51,612 nucleotides of DNA, taken from assembly GCA_000182565.2 (NCBI GenBank), contig KQ257450.1; one strand, given 5' to 3'. Origin of the DNA: Spizellomyces punctatus DAOM BR117. Taxonomy: Eukaryota. Shown here one piece after another: positions 21,962 through 36,538 of this stretch. Every line of letters starts with the position of its first letter. The first letter of the stretch is position 1. The notes below the pieces were generated by a model. It made no database searches, was not told the origin of the DNA, and worked only from the letters and a program-made list of their open reading frames with translations. The position numbers and the translations under genes are program-made.

Positions 21962-22418
21962 CGAATATAAACAATACAGTCAGTACTTGTAGTTAGGTGA
22001 AACATAATGGCCATTTTATTGGTCGAAAGAAGCTGCCTTCTGTCCTCCTCGTTTCTTGTTGCACTCTTATTGTCCCACGTCCCTCATCAAAAACCTGGAC
22101 CCAAAGTCCTCTGGTGGGTCAGTACACTCATCCCGAGAAGTTCTCAAAAAGTCGACTGCCGGCTGGCCCGTCCCTTTTCAAATCTCGAATAGCAGATGTC
22201 CGTGAAACCAGCGGATCATTGCAATGTCCATATTACCAATTGTGTTAGAGAGTCCTACCATCCTTACCTTGTTGCGCGCTTCTCTAAAACTTAAGTTCAG
22301 GATGGACCCTGTGTATCGACTGACGGAAGGGAGTCAGATTAGACTGTATAGAAGTGGCTAGCTTCACATTAGAACTTTCTAATTGATTAAGAAGCACTAA
22401 AGTGTTATAGATATAATG

Positions 22419-25400
22419 CTAGTCCTGAGCCAAATAACCTCCTCTACTACTTTCAGCCCGCACCTCCCATTCATTTTCAAGAAGCCAGTCAAGCGCTTTC
22501 TTTCGCGCACCCCAGGTTCCGTTCATCTCGCAATGACGCAAAAACGCCTGGATAAATGTGGCTAACAGCAGGTCCATTTCCAAAGGGTTGGATAGATTAG
22601 GTGATTTGGGGACATAGACGGGTTGCTCCGTTACGGGAAGCTCTTTGAACGAAGCAGGAAATACTATTTCGGTCACCCGCGTCTCACTTTGGTTGACGTT
22701 TGTCTGTTCGCACGGGGGGGCGGCAACACAGTCCAGCTGCTTATGCAGACCGCTCTTTTTGCTTGCTTTTGACTTCGTTTTGGCATCGACAAGAGTCCAA
22801 AGTGACAGAATAGCATCCCAATACTCCACCGCCCCCCATTCGAGCATAAACCTTTCCGCATCGGGTTTCGCCCGCGCTTTGTTGACTACGATGAAATCAC
22901 GCTTCACATCTTTTACGTGGTGGAGATTCGACACTAGCGGCCAGAGGGCATACATGCCAAAGGTGAACGCCTCGCACGCTGTTAGGACTCGGTCAACTTT
23001 CCATGCGTCAAACTTCAGCGATGATATTGTTCCCTCGCCATCAGCGGTGTTAAGAGAATCAGTAAAATCAGGGTGAATAAGACCTTCCCGCCATAGGATT
23101 TGCAGTCCTTCGTCATTATCGGTTCTGCATGCGAATGCTTTGACGCTCATCTCGTGTATCCAACGTCTCAGTCCAGTCAGCCAGGTCCGAACTGCCCACC
23201 AGCCCTCTGCTGTGGCAAGACCACGAATGATTTGAACCGGCGCCCGCGGCGTAATTGGACACCCATCCTCTATCATATTCCGGATGACCTCCTTTGCCTC
23301 GCCATGCATGCGTGCTGCCATGAAATATCCAACCATCGTTTCATATATCAACGGGTTCGGTGAAGAATCCAGCTGCGAGAGTACTTTTCGGTATTGAGCA
23401 TACACGGAACAGATGGCATTCCGGGAAGTTAAAAACTGCTCTGAATCCGGTGGTTCCCCTTTATGATTCACTATTTGTTCGTTCATCCCCTCTGTGTCCG
23501 TCAGACGTTCCTCCTCCCCAGATACAAACTTGTCAGCCAGCCTACGGACAAGTGCCTCGTATATCATCGAGGGAAGAACAACGCCCGTTTCTGTGGCTTC
23601 CACGAAGATTTCAAGCGCAGCCGCCACATCTTGCTGTGCAAGACAGGTTTTGATGAAAACTGCACCACTTTCCTCAGTTAATGTTATTCCGTCGATTTTC
23701 CTTGAAGCCATCCATTGCATTGCTCGGTCAAAATCGTTCTGAGCAGCAAAAGATCGCACTATAACCGCGTAGAGGAGAGCATCTGGAGACATCCCAGAGC
23801 TCTGCATGGCTTGAAACCATCGTGTGGCACCTTGTACATCATTTCCGCTTATGTGCGCATTTATGAGAGCAGTATAAGTGGCAACAGTGGGCTTCACACC
23901 GGCACTTAGCATTTCGGAAAAGAGCTGCCGACAGAGTTGTAACTCTCCTCGGCGGCCGTACGCATCCAACAAGCTTGTGTACGCATAGGCGCTTGGTTCG
24001 AGACTTGCCCCTTCATTGCCGGATTTCCATGCTGAAAGACCTTCATCGAACCAGCTCTTCGCTCCATCCACATCTCCTGCCTTGACATGCGCAGAAATAA
24101 GAGCGGCAAAAGTCCACCGGTCAGGCACAAGTCGCTGGTTAAGCATCGCGGTATAGAATTCGCGGACGTTGTTCAACCGTCCTGTTCTTCCGTATCCATT
24201 TATAAGGATATTATAAACGCCGACGTCGGGTTGAATCCCGTCTTCGTATAACCTGTTCAAAAGGCGGCCGACCTCTCTCATATGTCCTCGCTTTGCGTGA
24301 ACACTCAGTAGCAGCGAGTAAAACACGAGGTCCGGCTTTACATTCATGTAACGAAGTAGTCGATGCACCTTGCCCGCCGAATTCACATCTCCTTTTTCCA
24401 CATACCCCTTCAGCAGCAATGTGAATGTGCCTATGTTGGGTTTCTGGCCACATTTTACCATCGAATTGTACAGGTCCATAGCTCGATCCATCCGTCCACG
24501 ATCACAAGCAAGCTTTATCAGCCGGTTAAATGTGCGTAAATTTGGTGGTCGCTTAGCACTAGAATCTCTATGGTTCTCATTCTTCTGTATTATCCCCAGT
24601 CGTTGATTCATAATCGCCCAATACTTCTCCGCCATTTTCAAGTCTCGGGCACGTTCATACACTTCGATCATGAGGACAAGTGTTACTTCAGTTACCGAAG
24701 TCTTTGTCTTCTTCATTTCTCTATACCATCTTTCGGCACCAGCGGGATCGCGCGCATGCACAAACGCCTCGATCACACCATTCCAACAACTGGAATCTGG
24801 TTTCATGGTATCACGCACCCGATCGAAGACGCGCAGAGCCCCTTTCACATCGTGATTGCGACCGAACGCTACAATGAGACGGCCCCAGTCCAGGGCATGT
24901 GGTTGTATCCCAAGAGCGACCATATCCTCCATAATCATACCAATGTCTTTGGAAGAAATATTTCCAGCACGCAAAAGCAAGCCGATCAGGGCGCGGAAAT
25001 CTTTCAAGGTTAGGCTGCGAAGTAACGACCCGCATGCAGTCTCAGATCCAGAGGGTGAACGAAGATAGCAATAGTTGGCATGCAACCGAGCGGCTTCACG
25101 ACTCAATGCATCCTCAAAAAAGGGGAGGAAGCGGGCCCGGCTCACTTCTTCGACTTCGCGGACAAAGGATGTCACAAGGGACTCGTGGTTGACAAGATAT
25201 CTTGGATATGCAGTCTCCCCTTCTATACTTTGCGCTGACGCCGAGTGGGATGAGCGATACTTGATACTAAAGGAAGCTTCCCTCCGACAACCGTTGCATA
25301 TGTTCACACGCGGTACCGCTACATATTGGCGCTGCGTTGAGCGAGGGAAGGCAGCGTACCCTGCGACCTGTTGAACGCTAGCATGCGCTGCAAAAGACAG

Positions 25401-25499
25401 TAGCGCTGCAAGGGCGGGCGACTGTGTACGAAGAGAGTTCGACAGTCTCAAGCATCGGTGAGCAAATGTGTGCTGTCGCAGATCCCGCTCATAGCGCAT
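22419..25499 (-). CDS. Pentatricopeptide-repeat (PPR) protein, probably mitochondrial
   Basis: Intronless ORF of about 1026 aa from the ATG at 25499. Tandem 35-aa repeats (PNLRTFNRLIKLAC, PDVGVYNILINGYGRTG, PSAYAYTSLLDAYGRRG, PTVATYTALINAH) follow an Arg/Ser/Leu-rich N-terminus. Confidence 0.93.
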   Translation of the reverse strand: MRYERDLRQHTFAHRCLRLSNSLRTQSPALAALLSFAAHASVQQVAGYAAFPRSTQRQYVAVPRVNICNGCRREASFSIKYRSSHSASAQSIEGETAYPRYLVNHESLVTSFVREVEEVSRARFLPFFEDALSREAARLHANYCYLRSPSGSETACGSLLRSLTLKDFRALIGLLLRAGNISSKDIGMIMEDMVALGIQPHALDWGRLIVAFGRNHDVKGALRVFDRVRDTMKPDSSCWNGVIEAFVHARDPAGAERWYREMKKTKTSVTEVTLVLMIEVYERARDLKMAEKYWAIMNQRLGIIQKNENHRDSSAKRPPNLRTFNRLIKLACDRGRMDRAMDLYNSMVKCGQKPNIGTFTLLLKGYVEKGDVNSAGKVHRLLRYMNVKPDLVFYSLLLSVHAKRGHMREVGRLLNRLYEDGIQPDVGVYNILINGYGRTGRLNNVREFYTAMLNQRLVPDRWTFAALISAHVKAGDVDGAKSWFDEGLSAWKSGNEGASLEPSAYAYTSLLDAYGRRGELQLCRQLFSEMLSAGVKPTVATYTALINAHISGNDVQGATRWFQAMQSSGMSPDALLYAVIVRSFAAQNDFDRAMQWMASRKIDGITLTEESGAVFIKTCLAQQDVAAALEIFVEATETGVVLPSMIYEALVRRLADKFVSGEEERLTDTEGMNEQIVNHKGEPPDSEQFLTSRNAICSVYAQYRKVLSQLDSSPNPLIYETMVGYFMAARMHGEAKEVIRNMIEDGCPITPRAPVQIIRGLATAEGWWAVRTWLTGLRRWIHEMSVKAFACRTDNDEGLQILWREGLIHPDFTDSLNTADGEGTISSLKFDAWKVDRVLTACEAFTFGMYALWPLVSNLHHVKDVKRDFIVVNKARAKPDAERFMLEWGAVEYWDAILSLWTLVDAKTKSKASKKSGLHKQLDCVAAPPCEQTNVNQSETRVTEIVFPASFKELPVTEQPVYVPKSPNLSNPLEMDLLLATFIQAFLRHCEMNGTWGARKKALDWLLENEWEVRAESSRGGYLAQD

Positions 25500-25620
25500 C
25501 CCTTGGTGGTCAGGCAGTTCCCAACTGCCTGAGGTTGGGTCTTTCCACTGTTGCCATGGCCACCAAGTCACAACTGGGCAGGCAGCCGTAAGTTGTAACT
25601 CAGTCAGAGTGAACAACAAG

Positions 25621-26118
25621 ATGACTGCGTATGAAATTCAGAACCCGTCGTACCTTACGCTACCGCACCCGGCAACTGGACGGTTCAGCTCCTTTCAAAC
25701 ATTCTACCCATTTTATCTCGGAGAGCACGCGAACAAAACCTGCCGGCGGTTACATGTTGTGGGTGAGTTTTGGCAATTGCCAACTTTGGCCATTTCACGA
25801 GTGGAAGTCCTCGCTAATGGTTTTCTCATACCTATGCAGGAACATCCTTTGTGACAGGAACAATTATCTATGCAATCACAACTGCAACTGCTTCAGCCCT
25901 GAAGTGGGTTCCTATTCTAGGATATGGATTCGCCTGGGCAGGACATTTCTTTTTTGGTCCGTGCATAAAACCATAAATGGCATTACACACTGATAGACTG
26001 ATTAGATTGCCCATTTACAGAAAAGAATAAGCCTGCGACGTTCAAGTATCCCTTGTGGTCGCTCATGGGTGACTTCAAAATGTTTTGGGAGGTGATATCA
26101 GGGAAGAGGGCATTTTAG
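25621..26118 (+). CDS. DUF962 / Mpo1-like small membrane protein
   Basis: Three exons splice to ...FSSFQTFYPFYLGEHANKTCRRLHVVGT...GYGFAWAGHFFFEKNKPATFKYPLWSLMGDFKMFWEVISGKRAF*. Confidence 0.9.
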
Positions 26119-26415
26119 ACCACGTCTGCGTCCAGACCTCCATTTTCCATGTTTCGTTCCGCCCCGTAGATAGTGTATTAATTGTGTATAGTTCTCTCTT
26201 TCATGGACCAAATTACATGTATATTCTGTGATAGTACCGGTTCCGAGCCAAAGGCTAACTGATGATATCGATCGGTATTATGTCTCATGCAGTAAAATGA
26301 AAGCCTATATGATTAACTCTAACCCTCTTGTGTTTGAAATAGGTTATATCACATCATCATTAATAGGAAAAATGTGTGCATCGCCTCTAATAGCCACGTT
26401 TACGCTAAGCAAGTA

Positions 26416-28419
26416 CTACATATAGGCCGAACCTCCTGCCCGAGGAAACGCATTTCTATTCCGTGTCAACATAGTACGACCTATCACCAAAATTTTAGTT
26501 GCTGTTACGCAAGTCTATCAGTGTACCGGCTTACCGTCATGAAAACTGGCACCTGATATTGGCGTGGTCGTATAGCTCGGTAGCCCTAATGAATTTTGCA
26601 TGTACTCGTTCGCTGCGCCGGAAGATCGGTTGAGCAATGGACTCGTCATGCTGCTGGACATAATCGACCCAGGCCCTTGCGGGTTAAAAGGTACCCGCAT
26701 TGCAGTACGTGGTCTAGAATTAAAAGATCCCATACTGGAGCTGTTTTTCACAGGCGTGCGCGGAATGCCATTCGCCATGTATCCGGCATTACTAGTTTGC
26801 GCTATATTGCCAGGTCCGATCGGATTAAACTGATTTTGAGTTGTACGCGGTGATGTTGCACCGTTCGTTGGACGTGAGTTGAAGTGAGAGTGACCCGTCC
26901 AGGGAGTCTGATGGTAACCAGTGGCCACTTCAGCAGTTGTCCCAGGTCCAATTCCCCTGTATGAGTCGTGGTTGGCGTACAGCGGAGTTCGATAATGGTT
27001 CTGATTTGCGAACGTGGCATCGTTTTGTTGATGCGAATGAGGATACATTACTTGATTGCTCTGAAGGTCCATTGGATCAGGCTGAAATGATACTGCTGCA
27101 ACATCTTGGAAATGATTTACACCATTTATGCTGCCAGGTCCATTGACCCCTCGGGAATTCGGTCGTAAACTAAGTCTCGAAGGAGGATTTGGCGTCTGGA
27201 TTGCCCGTTTTGAATTGCGGCTTGGTGAGGTACCGAGTGATCGCGAACTGAAGACATCTAGTTCAAGAATCGGTCATATTCGCAAAGAAATGTCTGCATT
27301 ACCTGTTAGGTCTTGAGTTCCCTGTTGTCGGGCTCCGCTCTGTTAAAGGAATACCATTATTTTTGGGAACTTCTTTGAGTCGCGTGGGCGATTCAGTTGC
27401 GATGCTCTGCTTCAGGAGCTCCATTTGATGCCTTTGGGTCATTATTTCATCCTGCGCTTTATTTAATGTTCTGAAAAAAATGTGTTTATGTGTAGATCTG
27501 GCATACGACTCTTTGGACATATACCTCACGGCCTCTCGATATTTCCGGTTGTACTCGCTCGTTTTGATCTTCAAGTAGCGTAGGAGTCTTACTGCATTTC
27601 CGTACTGCAGCTGGTAGGAGCCCGGCTAAGGTTAGTTCCAACACGATAGACGGCCTGTCATGCAATCAACGTATGCCTACTTTCCAGACTTTCACTGTAT
27701 CCTCAAGGTGAACAATTGCGGGGATGAATATTTTCTCCACTTCTTCTGGTATCTATCATTGATGGCAAAGACATGGGCAGGTTAGAGATCACACTTAATG
27801 CGCGGTCAGACCAGCGGTAAATCATCAACCTCCTTTCGCAGCTCCACCACGGCGGCGGGTTGCCCACAGACAGGACAGACATGCTGCTTGTTTGTATCAA
27901 TACGACTGCGGCTGACGGCCAAATTCCCCGCGTCGCCATTCTCCTGGCGTATACTATACATTTGGAGGCGTCAGTTCAGAGTCCATCACTTAAGTACAAT
28001 GGAAGATTTGTTTACCAAGTTTCGCAGGCAATATGGGCACAGTTAGTGACGTAGAATACAGTACCAACGGACGCCCCGTTTCCTGCATTACGCGGATTTT
28101 CCCCCAGCGGACATTGTATTGTATGGTCGTATGCGTGACAGCTGAGGTTCGTCCGTACACAAAAAAAGGAACGATATAAAACACGACAAACTGTAAGCTT
28201 TCGTAGTAGAACTGATCTGTCATCGCACATCCACATGTGTACCCCAGTACGAGCGTGGCGGTATGCTACCGGAGTCCTAGAGGCAGAAAAGTGTGTACGA
28301 CTTGATAGCGTGCCTTACCGTCCGCAATGCAACCACTCCAAGCCCGGGTCGTATGCAGCATCCAGAGTTTCCGAGTCACGAGCAGCGGTGGATGTGTCTT
28401 TTGCGGGTGAGTCCACCAT
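26416..28419 (-). CDS. RNF212/Zip3-like RING finger protein (meiotic crossover E3 ligase family)
   Basis: Spliced N-terminus EWLHCGRC...FYVTNCAHIACETC...VCPVCG (C3HC4), then IPEEVEKIF, a coiled coil and a long S/P/N-rich tail. The last intron donor GTAAGC is near 26534. Confidence 0.7.
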
Positions 28420-28855
28420 AGCGTTAGGGGATCGTGGCGGCGACGGTGGGCGGCGGTAAGGGTGTGGTCCGAGATGAGAAGCGCTATGGGAAATTCCTGT
28501 CCGTGTGTGATGAGGGACGAAGCTGACGAGAATGGTTACATTGCCATTAAGCCAAAAGTAGATTAATTGCGATAACGCAGGCCAGCAGATGTCGAATTCG
28601 GCTGGCCTGGTGCATGAACGAGCAATTCTTTTATGGAAAAACGGTGTGCGTTGACAGGCAAGCAGCATTAGTTTTTTGCCAAATTCCAGTAAGTCTCGGC
28701 CTCTTTTTCTGCTAGCCTCATCCGGTGTTCTAACATCCACCTTTCTCTCCCTTAAGGTGATACACCCAAGTGGGCAGAGCAGCCTGTACTGGTCGCTCCA
28801 CATAACGTGCACGGCGAATCTCTTTGTGAAGGCTATTTGGGATTAACAGAGTACG

Positions 28856-30228
28856 ATGGGTGAAGTTTATCAAAAGATGCCGGCTTTTGCTCGGTTAAGT
28901 GAGCGAGTCTGCAGTGAGTTTCTCGTGGTCCGCTGTTTAGATTTGCAGAGTAACCTGATGCAGCCCTCTCTTACAGCTGTTCTAGGCCTGAATCCAGGCA
29001 AGTATCCCTACAGAAAGTACCTTGGATTTTCTACACCGAGCTGAAAAACTACCTTATCGTTGCAAAAGGAAAATTTACACTTCAAGGGTGGGTTGGCTGT
29101 AAAACCATCAGCAACCTTTACTACGTACATAAACCAAACTCTAAGGTCTGCATTGTAAACCCAGGACAAACACATACTTGGTTGGAACAGGTCATCGAAG
29201 GATATTGATAGGTGCGCAGAGTTAGCCGAGAACAGTTCATGTGATTCACTTTAATGTTTGCGTTTAGATACAGGCTCCGGTGTTGCGGACTTTGAGGAGC
29301 ACCTGCGGACTTCACTAACGAGAGCTGGTGGAATAGGCATATCAAGTATCATTTGCACTCATCGTCATATGGGTATGCAATCTTATTTGAGCAATGATTT
29401 TTTCAATTGAGATCTTAAATCCTGTGAAGATCATATATCTGGAATTCCTCAAGTACTGGCACTTCATGGGGGCGCCGATCATATACCCATTTACAAGTAC
29501 TTGACGGCCAATGACATCCCACCCTTCCCTTATGAGTATACCGCGATCCGAGATGGTCACATATTCAAGACCGAAGGTTTGAAAAACATTGGATATACTT
29601 TTGACGTCGTAAGCATTGAAGAGTGTTGTGTTACCAGGTGCTACGCTCAGAGCCGTACATACACCAGGGCATTTGGACGACCATGTATGTTACCTACATC
29701 CTGGTTACGCATTCGTCTTCGCTTATCAGTCTTCGATAGGTGGTTCTGTATTTGGAGGAAGAAAACGCCGTATTCTCGGGTGATTGCGTATTGGGGCAGG
29801 GTACGGCGGTGTTTGAAAACCTCGCAGAATATATGAGCTCCCTTCGCCGGATTATGGAGCTGCAGCCAGGTCGCTTATACCCTGGACACGGACCGGTGAT
29901 AGAGAACGGAGTGCAGAAAATAGAAGAGTACATTCGGCATCGACAGGTTCGGGGCTTTTCGGCAGGCAACGTGTCTTACATCTTGATTCATGGTCGATTA
30001 TAACAGGAGCGCGAAGAGCAAATTGTCGCCTTATTGAACACTAATCCGCCAGGCTCAAAGGATGGAGCTTGGTCCAGTCGCCAGCTGGTTGAAACAATAT
30101 ATGCATCATATCCACAAAGCTTGTACGATGCAGCCGAAGGGTCGCTACTACATCACTTGAACAAACTTTTGAGCGAGGGGAAAGTTCAGCATGTAAAAGG
30201 CAAATGGTTATTGACTACGGACAAGTAA
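28856..30228 (+). CDS. LACTB2: Metallo-beta-lactamase-fold endoribonuclease, LACTB2-like
   Basis: Many short exons splice to VLGLNPGKFTLQGTNTYLVGTG...LIDTG...THRHMDH (HxHxDH)...TPGH...FSGDCVLGQG...LYPGHG, followed by a C-terminal winged-helix-like segment. Confidence 0.88.
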
Positions 30229-30318
30229 CTTCCTTCTACATAGTTTCAAAAATTATGCAAAAACAACATAAGAAAACTATCATAGCAATTCAATATATAC
30301 ATTTGTAAATCGGGAGTG

Positions 30319-32601
30319 CTAAATATACTCATTGCCAACGAACCGTATATCCTGTTCATACTTATTTATCCACCTCCGATTAATAATAAATTCGCTCAGC
30401 TTGTTACAGCCGTATACCTTGACCTTGCTCAGTGAACGGCTATTGGCCAGTAACTTCTCCAGAATTGAGTCGTTGACATTTCTACACAAGGAGAGTCAGA
30501 TACCATATTGATGAAACAGAGAGCTGACACTGCGTACCTTATCCAGGAGACATCCAACTCAGTCAAGTTTGGGCACCCAGTAGCAACTGCTCCAAGAGAG
30601 TAGTCTGTGAGCTCGTCCAAACCGTTCAGGTTCAATTGTTGCAAAGATGTCCCGAAATGGTTGACAATCGCCACAATCACATCGTCGTTCATGTGTACGT
30701 TCCGAGATAGACTCACAACTGAAAGGCCTGATGGTGCTTTCAGCTTTCCAAAGAAATCTACCATTCCTGCAGATGTCAGCCCCTCGCTCTCCTCCATTGA
30801 TATCTCTTGCAGTCTCTCACAAGTGGGCACGATCGCTTCGTTGAGTACTTTGTCGGTCAAGTGAGAATGTCTGCGTACCGCAGGTAAAATGGTAATGGTT
30901 TAGTGAGTACCGCAATCTATGAGGTGTACCAGACGGATTAGACTTACCCATTCAGTGACAAGACTCGCAATTGTGCACCGACTGTCCGAATTACATGTAT
31001 CAATGATTCCTCCGACACCTTTTCCCCTAAGCGACTCAACTCCAAAAAGTCCAAGTGCTTCAGGTCCGCAATCAGCCGTATTCCCTCATCGCCCAGTTTG
31101 AGACACTGATCAAATCGCAGCAAAGTTAAATTCGGACAGCGCTGCACCAGAACCTCAACTGCCGCCTTGTCCAATTTTGCCGCGTGCTGTAAACTCAACT
31201 CTTTGAGCTTCTCGCCCAACCCTTGAAAAAGTGTAATAAAGCCAGAACTCGAGGGGAGAAAGGGACCGCTTAATGAGAGCGACGCAAGGCTGGTGCAGTT
31301 TTCGCCAATTATTTTCAGCACGTTATCTACCAAGTGCGTGAGCGGAATATGCCGATGGGAGCATATGACAATATAGGATACCTGTTATGCGGCCACAGTT
31401 ACCAAGGTATAGTTGATGCACGTTAGGCGACATGTATGCGACCTCAGAGAGTGCCTTCTCGTCCAAGTAAGTGCACTCGGAAAGATTTAGTCGGTCCTCG
31501 CCTGGCCCGATAAACAAACGAACATTTGTACTATTCAACTGTCGATACCGCCCAATAATCTTGGCTATTTGGAGTTTGGTTGCTTCCGAGATATCTCCAA
31601 ACTAGAAAATCATGCTCAGCGCGTTACGCTGGGAAATATGCTCAACATGTGGCAATACCTCCTCCACTTGATCAATATAATCCGCGATAAGCTGAGAAAT
31701 ATGGACGCTCCGGTAAGAGAAAGACAAGTGAAAGTGTACGGTACGCTATGCGTCATTAAGCTACCTTGATGCACAAGTTTCTCAACGACTTCACGGGTCC
31801 TCCTTCATCTGAACCTTCGGGAATCACTTTTCCTCTTTTCTTGCGGCCCTTTCGGAGTACTTCTGCCCCAGAGCGATTTGTCTGGATTGACAGGCATGCG
31901 GGACATAGAGCTTGAGCATCATCCTCCACCAGGTACCTTCTCTGGCATCGATCGCAAAAGCTTATGGAACCATTGCCGCCCGCATTGCCCTTTTGTGGCG
32001 GTTTTCCGCGTCGCTTTGAATGATTGGATCTTGAGGCAATGTGCTTCGTGCATTCTCCTTCTTGAGAGTCCTGATCATCGTCAGAATCGAAGCTTTTCTT
32101 CGCCCTCTTTCGCTTCGACGATGCGGCAAGGTGGCAGTCGTCTTTCTCCTGTCCAGTCAATTTTGTCTTTGATCGCTTTTTTGCGCCAGGCCCATTTGCT
32201 ACAATATTTTCCATGGCTTGCTCCATTTCTGTGGTCAAATTTACCCCGAGCTCTACTTGCATTAACGTGGTCTCCAAGCCCACATTTGCGTTAGGGGATG
32301 CATGACTTGAACCATGTACAGGGACAGTTGCTTCTCCACCCAGTTGACCTTGGTAACCTCCTTCACTACCACCTGTTCCAGCGGCAGTATCCCCCTCAGT
32401 GCTCTCTGCCAAACGACCTGCGATTTCACCCTCATTAACATTCCCCGCGGCTGCACGTCGTTGCCAGACGTTGCGTGGAGCCCGAATCCCCCGCTCACGC
32501 AAAAAGCTAAAGAAGATCAGCAGCGAGCATGATTTTTACCAGAAAAACTTTCATTCCATACCTTGATATGCAGAGGATTGTACTCCGCACCCTGATTGTT
32601 G
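30319..32601 (-). CDS. RAD7: DNA repair LRR protein Rad7-like (5' end runs into the assembly gap)
   Basis: SFLRERGI N-terminal motif, CDRC...CPAC zinc knuckle, SLRNLCIKV, and leucine-rich repeats (LSLSGPFL, LNLNGLDELTD, LDVSWIR), ending in FVGNEYI*. Confidence 0.8.
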
Positions 32602-33560
32602 NNNNNNNNNNNNNNNNNNNNNNNNNNNNNNNNNNNNNNNNNNNNNNNNNNNNNNNNNNNNNNNNNNNNNNNNNNNNNNNNNNNNNNNNNNNNNNNNNNN
32701 NNNNNNNNNNNNNNNNNNNNNNNNNNNNNNNNNNNNNNNNNNNNNNNNNNNNNNNNNNNNNNNNNNNNNNNNNNNNNNNNNNNNNNNNNNNNNNNNNNNN
32801 NNNNNNNNNNNNNNNNNNNNNNNNNNNNNNNNNNNNNNNNNNNNNNNNNNNNNNNNNNNNNNNNNNNNNNNNNNNNNNNNNNNNNNNNNNNNNNNNNNNN
32901 NNNNNNNNNNNNNNNNNNNNNNNNNNNNNNNNNNNNNNNNNNNNNNNNNNNNNNNNNNNNNNNNNNNNNNNNNNNNNNNNNNNNNNNNNNNNNNNNNNNN
33001 NNNNNNNNNNNNNNNNNNNNNNNNNNNNNNNNNNNNNNNNNNNNNNNNNNNNNNNNNNNNNNNNNNNNNNNNNNNNNNNNNNNNNNNNNNNNNNNNNNNN
33101 NNNNNNNNNNNNNNNNNNNNNNNNNNNNNNNNNNNNNNNNNNNNNNNNNNNNNNNNNNNNNNNNNNNNNNNNNNNNNNNNNNNNNNNNNNNNNNNNNNNN
33201 NNNNNNNNNNNNNNNNNNNNNNNNNNNNNNNNNNNNNNNNNNNNNNNNNNNNNNNNNNNNNNNNNNNNNNNNNNNNNNNNNNNNNNNNNNNNNNNNNNNN
33301 NNNNNNNNNNNNNNNNNNNNNNNNNNNNNNNNNNNNNNNNNNNNNNNNNNNNNNNNNNNNNNNNNNNNNNNNNNNNNNNNNNNNNNNNNNNNNNNNNNNN
33401 NNNNNNNNNNNNNNNNNNNNNNNNNNNNNNNNNNNNNNNNNNNNNNNNNNNNNNNNNNNNNNNNNNNNNNNNNNNNNNNNNNNNNNNNNNNNNNNNNNNN
33501 NNNNNNNNNNNNNNNNNNNNNNNNNNNNNNNNNNNNNNNNNNNNNNNNNNNNNNNNNNNN
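32602..33560. other. Assembly gap (N run)
   Basis: Run of N. Confidence 1.
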
Positions 33561-34214
33561 CCCCTCATAGTGCAGATTCCTTCCAGGAGTATATTAGCTT
33601 GTTAGCAGCGACCGCTGGTTTCATAAAAATTGGATTGGGGAAGGGGGAATGCTACGATGCCCCCCAATGTACTAGCGGCTCTCGCCACAACGCATTTACC
33701 GCCTCTCCTGTGTGCAAGTTACCACGCTGAGGAAAAAGAGCCCTCATTATCGCAGAGCTCAACAAAAATGTCCAGGATTGTTTTGTATTTAAAAATGTCC
33801 GAGTATGCATCGGATGGGACCCAATACAATGTATTTGCCGATCTGTCGGAATTGATCGGACTATTTTCGTACGCATGATGCTCGCTGTATGACACATTTA
33901 GCTCAAACAACAATAGAGCGAGCTGGACCCTTTGCATCGTGTTCCATATCTGCTGGGCCGGATCATTTTATACCCTTAAAGCCATTAGGGCTCTTTGTGA
34001 CAATTCGTCCGACCGCCATTCGGAGAGGTTACTTCTGAAGTATTTCAAAGCGACGTTGTTCCTCCACTCGCTGGTATATCCTTCGCCTGCAACATTAGGT
34101 GGAAATCCTCTGTTCAGGTTGCAGTGTGTAACTGATCGTGGATAAGAAACCTTTGGCTATATTGGCACCGTGGTAGATTGAAAAGTTTTGGTTGTATTGT
34201 GAGTTGTGGAGACG

Positions 34215-36538
<2,324 letters not shown>

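Noticed and set aside
25500-25619. ORF-track extension of the PPR protein to 25619
   Set aside because: It starts at a non-ATG codon and abuts the DUF962 start; the first in-frame ATG is at 25499.
32560-32601. Apparent frameshifts or odd residues in the RAD7 5' exon suggesting a pseudogene
   Set aside because: They lie at a contig edge where base errors are likely, and the rest of the gene is intact.
32507-33605. Long ORFs of X residues (also at 44500-45248)
   Set aside because: These are artefacts of translating through N gaps.
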